IMG/VR virus record: IMGVR_UViG_3300025684_000011 | DNA from: a virus | Length of the DNA stretch: 64,000 nt | Strand: one strand, 5' to 3' | Shown here: positions 57,330 to 64,000 of the stretch, in pieces | Numbering within the stretch: position 1 is the stretch's first letter | Layout of the letters: every line of letters starts with the position of its first letter | The notes under the pieces: model-generated | Database searches by the model: none | What the model was told of the DNA's origin: nothing | Seen by the model: the letters and a program-made list of their open reading frames with translations, nothing else | Program-made: the position numbers and the translations under genes

Positions 57330-58544
57330 ATGGCTTTGCCAAAAGTAACAAAACGTAAAAAACCTCGTGCCGCTAGGCGTGTTAGCACAGGAGAGCCTAA
57401 GTTCGAAGGAATTGAATCTCTAAACGGACAAGAGTATTGTAAAACATACAGGCAGATGTCCGAGTATTATCGTTTAGACTGTAAGAGCTCTGACTATAAA
57501 GGTTGGGTTGTTGCATATTGCAAAGAACATGAAGAATTTAAAAGTAAATCAACTATAGTTAATAAAGTTCCAGATAGCAAATTTGGTCCTAGTCTGGGTT
57601 GTAGTGCTAGGTTGTTATCAAGAGGATGGCCAGACTATCATCCTGCATATGCAGAATATTGGGAAAATCTAGCAGGTACAATGGGAGAGGTTGCTCCTTT
57701 AAGTACATGGCTTGATAAAAACATAAAAGAGATAATTGAAGTTGGCAAGACAATCGTTGAGGAAAAGAAAGCGATTGAGGCAAAGAGTGCAGTTCCTAAA
57801 CAAACAATACAAGATAGATTGAAAGAACAACTTGAAGATCTGCTAGGTGAAATTGAAGGTGCAGTAGATGACTTTACTGAGCATGGTAAAGCATTTGATG
57901 CATATAAATTTTTACAGTCAAATAACTTAGCGGCAAACTCTGCTCCTCAAATTGCTGAATTTTACAAGCCATTAATTGCTGAAATTGAAGAATACTTAAA
58001 AGGTGATTGCGAACAGTTAAACGAAGCATATGCTCACTTAGGAAAACGTGATGCTAAGAATTTTATTAAATTTTTGCAGTCTATTGTTGACGGAGCGAAT
58101 GCATATAAGGCAATGAAAATTTCTACTAGGGCAAAACCTAAGAGAAAACCAATTCCAGCAGAACGTATTGTTAGGAAACTAAAATATCTAAAAACATATA
58201 CACTAGGAGGACTTGAATTCAAGAGTGTTGATCCAAGAGATATATTGCAATGCTCTGAACTCTGGACTTATAATACCAAGACAAGAAAACTTGGTAGATT
58301 TGTTGCCGCAAAGCACGGTGATGTTGTAGTATCTCATCTAACAGTTAAGAGTACCAGTATTACAGGACACGATACTGAGAACAGTATTAGCAAAACACTT
58401 CGTAGGCCAGAAGAACAACTTACAGAATGGAAAAATGCTAGTCGACCTGAGTTACGGAAATTTTTAGGTAAAATTAAAGGAACAGAAGTTAAACTTCGTC
58501 CTAGGATATCAGAAGAGACGTTATTGCTAAAAATTATAAAGTAG
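57330..58544 (+). CDS. Hypothetical basic protein, early/middle expressed
   Basis: 404 aa; AGGAG ribosome-binding site; ELWTYNTKTRKLG...SKTLRRPEEQL C-terminal domain; no catalytic motif recognised. Confidence 0.75.
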   Translation: MALPKVTKRKKPRAARRVSTGEPKFEGIESLNGQEYCKTYRQMSEYYRLDCKSSDYKGWVVAYCKEHEEFKSKSTIVNKVPDSKFGPSLGCSARLLSRGWPDYHPAYAEYWENLAGTMGEVAPLSTWLDKNIKEIIEVGKTIVEEKKAIEAKSAVPKQTIQDRLKEQLEDLLGEIEGAVDDFTEHGKAFDAYKFLQSNNLAANSAPQIAEFYKPLIAEIEEYLKGDCEQLNEAYAHLGKRDAKNFIKFLQSIVDGANAYKAMKISTRAKPKRKPIPAERIVRKLKYLKTYTLGGLEFKSVDPRDILQCSELWTYNTKTRKLGRFVAAKHGDVVVSHLTVKSTSITGHDTENSISKTLRRPEEQLTEWKNASRPELRKFLGKIKGTEVKLRPRISEETLLLKIIK

Positions 58545-58595
58545 CAACCCATATGTTCTAATATAATTGCCATAAATAATACGGAGACAAAATTT

Positions 58596-59342
58596 ATGGC
58601 AATTACTACAGAACGCAACAAAGTTATCAAATATATCGAACTATCTCTTGGTGAAGGAATGGTTGATGTAGAATTAGACAAAGAACACTATGATATGGCT
58701 ATTGATAAAGCGGTTGCCAAATACAGGCAACGTAGTACTCGTGCCGTTGAAGAAAGTTTTATGGTCTTAAAACTTAGCCCAGAAGAGAGCACCTATATAT
58801 TACCAAGCGAGGTAATGGAAGTTAAGCAAGTATACAGAAGAAATGCCGGTGGTATCTCTGCTAGTGCAACTGACTTTGAACCTTTTGAAGCAGGTTACTT
58901 GAATATGTATATGCTAAACGCAGGACGAGGTGGCGGACTTGCTACATTTGAATTATATATGGGTTATAGAGAGCAAATGGGCAAAATGTTTGGAGCTCAT
59001 CTAATATTTAATTGGAATGAAGTAACAAAGAAAATCCATCTACATAGAAAAATTAGAAGTGATGAGGAATGTATTCTTCATATCTATAACCATAGACCAG
59101 ACGAAATGTTACTAAGTGATTCACATTCCAATCCATGGTTAAAAGACTATGCTTTAGCAGTAGCAAAAATGTCTTTAGGACAAGCTCGTAGCAAATTTGG
59201 AGCCTTAGCTGGACCACAAGGCGGAGTACAGTTAAACGGTAACGACCTTATTGCACAATCTCAAGCTGAAATTGAAAAACTAGAAGCCGAACTTATTAAT
59301 TACGTTGACGGCGGAACTCCTATTAGCTTTATATTTGGTTAA
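58596..59342 (+). CDS. gp13: Neck protein, gp13-like
   Basis: LGEGMVDVEL, WLKDYALA..K..LGQARSKF...GPQGGVQLNG. Confidence 0.85.
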   Translation: MAITTERNKVIKYIELSLGEGMVDVELDKEHYDMAIDKAVAKYRQRSTRAVEESFMVLKLSPEESTYILPSEVMEVKQVYRRNAGGISASATDFEPFEAGYLNMYMLNAGRGGGLATFELYMGYREQMGKMFGAHLIFNWNEVTKKIHLHRKIRSDEECILHIYNHRPDEMLLSDSHSNPWLKDYALAVAKMSLGQARSKFGALAGPQGGVQLNGNDLIAQSQAEIEKLEAELINYVDGGTPISFIFG

Positions 59343-59350
59343 ACAATGTT

Positions 59351-59379
59351 TTGACAATACAGTCAAATAATGCTATAAT
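59351..59379 (+). promoter_or_regulatory. Sigma70-type promoter
   Basis: TTGACA (59351), 17 nt, TATAAT (59374) with an extended TGn. Confidence 0.88.
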
Positions 59380-59406
59380 AAATTATTATAGTTAGGATTT
59401 ACCAAT

Positions 59407-59919
59407 ATGCAATTACCCAAATTACTAGTAGTAGGACACGGAAGACACGGCAAGGATACTGTATGTGAACTGCTGGCAAAATATGGTTATACTTTTCAAT
59501 CAAGTTCAAAGTTTTGCTCAGAACTGTTTATATTCAACGATACTAAAAACAAGTATGGATATAAGGACGAGGAAGAATGTTATGCTGACAGACATAACCA
59601 TAGAACTGAATGGTACGAAATGATACATGATTATTGTAAGGATGACTTGGCTAAACTTGGAAGAAATTTATTTGCAAAGCATGACATATACTGCGGTCTG
59701 AGAAACAAACGTGAATATTTTGCTATGCAAAACGAAATAATTTTTGATTATGCAATATGGGTAGATAGAGCAGATCACTTAGAATTAGAAGATCCAAGTA
59801 GTATGAGTATTGAACAATGGATGTGTGATTTTACTATTGATAATAATGGATCATTAGATAGATTAGTAAAAAATGTTGATATACTTGCACAACGACGCTT
59901 AAACTTAACGTTGTCCTAG
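59407..59919 (+). CDS. Deoxynucleoside monophosphate kinase-like P-loop protein
   Basis: VVGHGRHGKDT P-loop; DFTIDNNGSL C-terminus. Confidence 0.7.
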   Translation: MQLPKLLVVGHGRHGKDTVCELLAKYGYTFQSSSKFCSELFIFNDTKNKYGYKDEEECYADRHNHRTEWYEMIHDYCKDDLAKLGRNLFAKHDIYCGLRNKREYFAMQNEIIFDYAIWVDRADHLELEDPSSMSIEQWMCDFTIDNNGSLDRLVKNVDILAQRRLNLTLS

Positions 59920-60027
59920 AAATCTATAAATTAACTACCCTAATAAATAGCCGGTTTTACTGGTCCTTTAGCTAAATACATCTGAGAAGGGCAGACGCCC
60001 TGTAAACTAAACTCGGAGAAAAAAATT

Positions 60028-62394
60028 ATGGCAACTTTAGTTTCCCCAGGTGTATCGGTTTCCGTCATTGACGAATCCGCTTATGCATCAGCCGGTAATG
60101 GAACAGTTCCTGCGATTTTCATTGTAACGCGATCTAATAAATTAGCACCAGATGGAACTATTGCAGAATATACAAAATCCAAATATGCTGGTTTACCTCT
60201 AACTATCACTAGTCAGAGAGAATTAGTTCAGCTATATGGAGAACCAGAATTTACAATCGTAGATGGTACCCCAGTACACGGACATGAATTAAACGAATAC
60301 GGTCTTCTAGCCGCATACTATTATTTAGGTGTTGCAAACAGAGCAATCGTAACTCGTGCAGATTTAAACGTAGAAGAAATGGAACCGTTAGATGTAGCAC
60401 CAACAGGAGATCCAGTAAATGGAACTTATTGGTTTGATACAGCAAGTACTTCCTTTGGAATTTTTGAAGGTAACGGTACAGCATGGATTGCAAAAAGTGT
60501 AACACTTTTTGATGGAACACCAACAGGTGGTTCAGATGGTGATTATGCTCTTGACATTTCAGCAGATTTAAAAGAATTTTATAAAAACGAGTCAGGAGTA
60601 TGGAACAAACTTACAACCGCAGATATTGCAGGTACAGTTAACATTGCTCCTCACTATAACTTTCCAACACCAACATCAGGAGATGTATGGTTTAAAACAA
60701 CTTCACCAAATAGCGGATTTAGTCCAGTTATCAAAAAGTATAGCAGTTCAACTGGCTCATTTGCACAACAAATTATTGGTCCAAATTTACCAGATCAACT
60801 TGTTGCTTATGTTGATGATACTGCCGCCGCAACGGCATTTGGTACATCATTAGATGGAAACGATCTTTATATTAAGATTGCTGATCCTAGTGAAGCAAAC
60901 TTTGAGGTTCGTAGATATGACGGATCTTCTTTTGCCGCTAATGTACAAGAAGTTAAAGCAACTGCTCCAGTAGGTGCTATTGTTGACGGAACACTATGGT
61001 ATGACGCAGGAACCACAGCTGACGTTTACAGAAAAGCATCATCAGGATGGGAGCCAGTAGGTGCTGGTAACATTACAGTTGATACTATTGAGCCATCAGG
61101 TCCAACAACTGGAGATGTTTGGATTGATACTAATGACCTTGTAAATTATCCTTTGCTTAAAGTATATGATGGCGCAGAATTTGTTGCTTTTGATAATGCA
61201 GATCAAACTACTCCAACCGGTGTATTGTTTGCTGACTTAACTGCTACCTTTCAGGATTCTACCGGTTCAGGTGGAACAGCTACAGCAATGGACAGCGAAG
61301 CACCAGATCCAGCTTTTTACCCTGAAGGAATGCTTCTTTTCAATACAGCAGTAAGTTCAGGTAACGTTAAAAAATGGAACGATACTGCAGGACATTTCCA
61401 AAGTGAATCAGGCAATAGAGACTCCGGTCCTAAAGCAGGATCCATGTATGCATTTGATAAAGCTCAACGTAGAGTTGTTGCTAAAAGATTGCAGGCAGTA
61501 CTAACAGGCGGAGAAGAATTAAGAGAAGAAACACTTAACTTTAACTTAATTGCAACTCCAGGATATCCTGAGTGTATTGATGAAATGTTAACACTAAACA
61601 TTGATCGTAAGGAAACAGCATTTATTATTGCTGATACTCCAATGAAACTTGGAACTAATACAGCAGAAGTTAATGCTTGGGCACTTGGAACCAATGCTGG
61701 TACTAACGGAGAAGACGGATTGACAACAAGAAATGCGTCAATTGGACTTTATTATCCATCAGCACTATCAACTGATTTATCAGGTAATGATGTTGCAGTT
61801 CCAGGAAGTCATGCAGTACTAAGAGCTTATGCTTATAATGACGAAGTAGCTTATCCATGGTTTGCTCCAGCTGGTTTAACCAGAGGACAGGCAAGTGGTG
61901 TTAGTAACTTTGGTGTTGTTACAGCAGAAAATGAGTTCAAGAACGTTGCATTAAACAATGGTCAACGTGATGCACTTTATACGAAGAATATTAATCCACT
62001 AGTAAACTTTCCAGGAACTGGACTTTACCTTTGGGGACAAAAGACACTTCATCCATTTGCATCAGCACTTGATCGTGTAAACGTTGCACGTCTATTAGCG
62101 TTCTTACGTGAAAGATTTGACGTTGTTGCTCGTCCGTTCATTTTTGAGCCAAACGACAAGATTACAAGAGATCGTGTATTATTAGTATTCAATGCTTTCA
62201 TGGAAGACATGGTTGCTAAGAGAGCTGTTTATGATTTCTTAGTAGTATGTGACGAAACTAATAACACTAATGCAAGAATCGATCGAAACGAATTGTACAT
62301 TGATATAGCAATTGAGCCAGTTAAAGCGGCTGAATTTATCTATATTCCAATTCGTGTAGTTAACACTGGCGCGATAGCCGGTGCAAATGCATAA
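60028..62394 (+). CDS. gp18: Contractile tail sheath protein
   Basis: LVSPGVSV N-terminus; YPWFAPAGLTRG, LWGQKT, DRVNVARL, FEPND and IEPVKAAEFIYI. Confidence 0.95.
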   Translation: MATLVSPGVSVSVIDESAYASAGNGTVPAIFIVTRSNKLAPDGTIAEYTKSKYAGLPLTITSQRELVQLYGEPEFTIVDGTPVHGHELNEYGLLAAYYYLGVANRAIVTRADLNVEEMEPLDVAPTGDPVNGTYWFDTASTSFGIFEGNGTAWIAKSVTLFDGTPTGGSDGDYALDISADLKEFYKNESGVWNKLTTADIAGTVNIAPHYNFPTPTSGDVWFKTTSPNSGFSPVIKKYSSSTGSFAQQIIGPNLPDQLVAYVDDTAAATAFGTSLDGNDLYIKIADPSEANFEVRRYDGSSFAANVQEVKATAPVGAIVDGTLWYDAGTTADVYRKASSGWEPVGAGNITVDTIEPSGPTTGDVWIDTNDLVNYPLLKVYDGAEFVAFDNADQTTPTGVLFADLTATFQDSTGSGGTATAMDSEAPDPAFYPEGMLLFNTAVSSGNVKKWNDTAGHFQSESGNRDSGPKAGSMYAFDKAQRRVVAKRLQAVLTGGEELREETLNFNLIATPGYPECIDEMLTLNIDRKETAFIIADTPMKLGTNTAEVNAWALGTNAGTNGEDGLTTRNASIGLYYPSALSTDLSGNDVAVPGSHAVLRAYAYNDEVAYPWFAPAGLTRGQASGVSNFGVVTAENEFKNVALNNGQRDALYTKNINPLVNFPGTGLYLWGQKTLHPFASALDRVNVARLLAFLRERFDVVARPFIFEPNDKITRDRVLLVFNAFMEDMVAKRAVYDFLVVCDETNNTNARIDRNELYIDIAIEPVKAAEFIYIPIRVVNTGAIAGANA

Positions 62395-62416
62395 ATAAAC
62401 GTAAGGAGATAAGAAA

Positions 62417-63013
62417 ATGGCAGTTTCAGTAAGTAAATTTAATGTACCTGGTACAACAGATGCCGCACTTGTTAGCCCTAAGTTATCTTACAGATTTAGA
62501 GTTACTTTCACACAATTAGGTGAAGGAGACACAGTAAGTTTAACTAGTCAGGTTGTAAGTGTTAGTCGTCCTTCCGTTACACACGACGACATAACAATCG
62601 ACGTTTATAACTCCAGGATTTATATGGCTGGTAAGCATACTTGGGATCCAATTACATTAACAGTTCGTGACGATGTCACAGGTGCTGTTGGTAATTCGTT
62701 AGCCCAACAGCTTCAAAAGCAAATGGATCACGGAGGACAAACTGGACAAACAGCAGGCGGCCAATACAAGTTCACTACAGTTATTGAGAACTTAGATGGT
62801 AGCGAAGGCGCTGAAGTACTTGATGCTTGGGAGTTAGCAGGTTGCTATATCCAAAACATTAACTACGGTGAAAACAATTATGCTACAAGTGATCCATTAC
62901 AAATTACTGTAATGATCAAGTTTGATAATGCTAACCATACGGTTGCTGGAACGGAAGTTCTAACTGGAGCGGTTTCGGGTAATTCAACTGATAACGCAAC
63001 GGCATCTAATTAA
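62417..63013 (+). CDS. gp19: Tail tube protein
   Basis: PKLSYRFRVTF, AGKHTWDPITLTVRDD and WELAGCY; follows the sheath gene. Confidence 0.9.
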   Translation: MAVSVSKFNVPGTTDAALVSPKLSYRFRVTFTQLGEGDTVSLTSQVVSVSRPSVTHDDITIDVYNSRIYMAGKHTWDPITLTVRDDVTGAVGNSLAQQLQKQMDHGGQTGQTAGGQYKFTTVIENLDGSEGAEVLDAWELAGCYIQNINYGENNYATSDPLQITVMIKFDNANHTVAGTEVLTGAVSGNSTDNATASN

Positions 63014-63078
63014 ACTAGTGGTTAATTAAAACGATAAATATAAGTGAGACGGAAACGTATTGCTTATATAAGAATAGA

Positions 63079-63107
63079 GCAAAAGGGCCGTTAGGCCCTT
63101 TTGTTGC
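63079..63107 (+). terminator. Intrinsic terminator-like hairpin
   Basis: caaaagggcc-gtta-ggcccttttg. Confidence 0.75.
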
Positions 63108-63125
63108 GACAACGGAGAATAATAC

Positions 63126-64000
63126 ATGCCTTTTAATTCATATGCTTTTAAGCAAATAGGAAATCTTGGTAACTCAGGTGCCTTTGTTGCTGACAGATCT
63201 CCTTACCTTAAGTATCAATTTATTGCTGAGTTTTCTTTAGATGATGCTAATAGAGATGCACCTCCAGGCGAAGATACGTTTCAAGGTAATGATAGCTCTA
63301 GAGAAGATACATCACAACAATTTACTTTAAAAACATTTGAACTACCACGTTGGACAATAGATAGCCAGGTTATTAATCAGTACAATCATAAATCAGTTAT
63401 CCAAACTAAAATGAATTTTGAACCTATTACCATATCATTTTATGATCAACAAAATGATGCAGTAGAAACATTTATCAGTGATGTTGTAAAAGGACAGTTT
63501 GATGCAACTGACGGTTCTAAAAATTTATCTCATAGGCCAATGACAATAAAAGTTCATATGCAACAAACATCAGATGGAGCTCTAAGAAGCGACTTAGACG
63601 AAACTGAATTTACAGGAAAAACATATGAATTATATAATGCTTATATTGTTGATGCACAACACGATACATTAGACTATTCGGCAAGTGATGCGGTATTGTG
63701 GACACTTTCCATTAGATACGAATTTATGTCCTGGCACGAAGATGCAGGAAAGAACTTTAGTAATGTTGATATAGACAAAGACGGAAATTATATTAGACAA
63801 TTTCCAGCAAATAAAGCACCTGAAGCTATTCCAGATACAAAGAAAAAAGCAGATACTCCTCCAAAGACAGTAGTAAAGTCAGTGGTAAAAGAAAGAGAAG
63901 TAGTGTTTAACAAGAAGTCACTAACTGGTAGCGAATCTCAAGAAATAATAGATGCTAGGAAAGATAAAATTAAGACCAGTCAAGCAGTTAATCAAAGAGA
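63126..64000 (+). CDS. Second tail-tube-like protein (partial, runs off the window)
   Basis: Not in the ORF track; GGAG ribosome-binding site then MPFNSYAF...PYLKYQF...KTFELPRWTI..QVINQYNHK..IQTKMNFEPITISFYD, a gp19-like fold. Confidence 0.75.
   Translation, partial: MPFNSYAFKQIGNLGNSGAFVADRSPYLKYQFIAEFSLDDANRDAPPGEDTFQGNDSSREDTSQQFTLKTFELPRWTIDSQVINQYNHKSVIQTKMNFEPITISFYDQQNDAVETFISDVVKGQFDATDGSKNLSHRPMTIKVHMQQTSDGALRSDLDETEFTGKTYELYNAYIVDAQHDTLDYSASDAVLWTLSIRYEFMSWHEDAGKNFSNVDIDKDGNYIRQFPANKAPEAIPDTKKKADTPPKTVVKSVVKEREVVFNKKSLTGSESQEIIDARKDKIKTSQAVNQR

Noticed and set aside
1-64000. Stop-codon reassignment, as found in some jumbo phages
   Set aside because: Core genes are full length in code 11, and TAA, TAG and TGA all serve as stops

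Overview
This AT-rich (roughly one-third GC by eye) 64 kb window is the virion-morphogenesis core of a large T4-superfamily myovirus. Its gene order and protein sizes resemble the Rak2/GAP32/Atu_ph07-type jumbo phages and their uncultured aquatic relatives (inference, no database search run). Layout: (1) 1-25110, minus strand: cytidyltransferase-like gene, baseplate genes (tube initiator, gp53-, gp27-, gp5-, gp25-, gp6-like and a 2970-aa wedge), short fibres and a glycosyltransferase cluster. (2) 25214-30239, plus strand, sigma70-driven: gp55 late sigma factor, NTP pyrophosphohydrolase, gp47/gp46 (Mre11/Rad50), Hc1-like protein and a Holliday junction resolvase. (3) A ~565-nt hairpin-dense non-coding segment at 30240-30806, a candidate large structured RNA or replication origin. 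(4) A gp26-like tail chaperone apparently fused to the next ORF by a -1 frameshift, divergent from the tape measure gene. (5) Head genes (portal, protease, scaffold, major capsid), a holin, four repeat-rich fibre genes and a GT2. (6) Neck, terminator, dNMP kinase, sheath and two tube genes. The standard genetic code is used. No tRNA, rRNA, CRISPR array, integrase or terminase was seen. The best leads are the structured non-coding element, the frameshift, a late-expressed glycosylation module flanking the fibre genes, leaderless TAARTA-N5/6-ATG late genes and strong apparent GCWGC avoidance.
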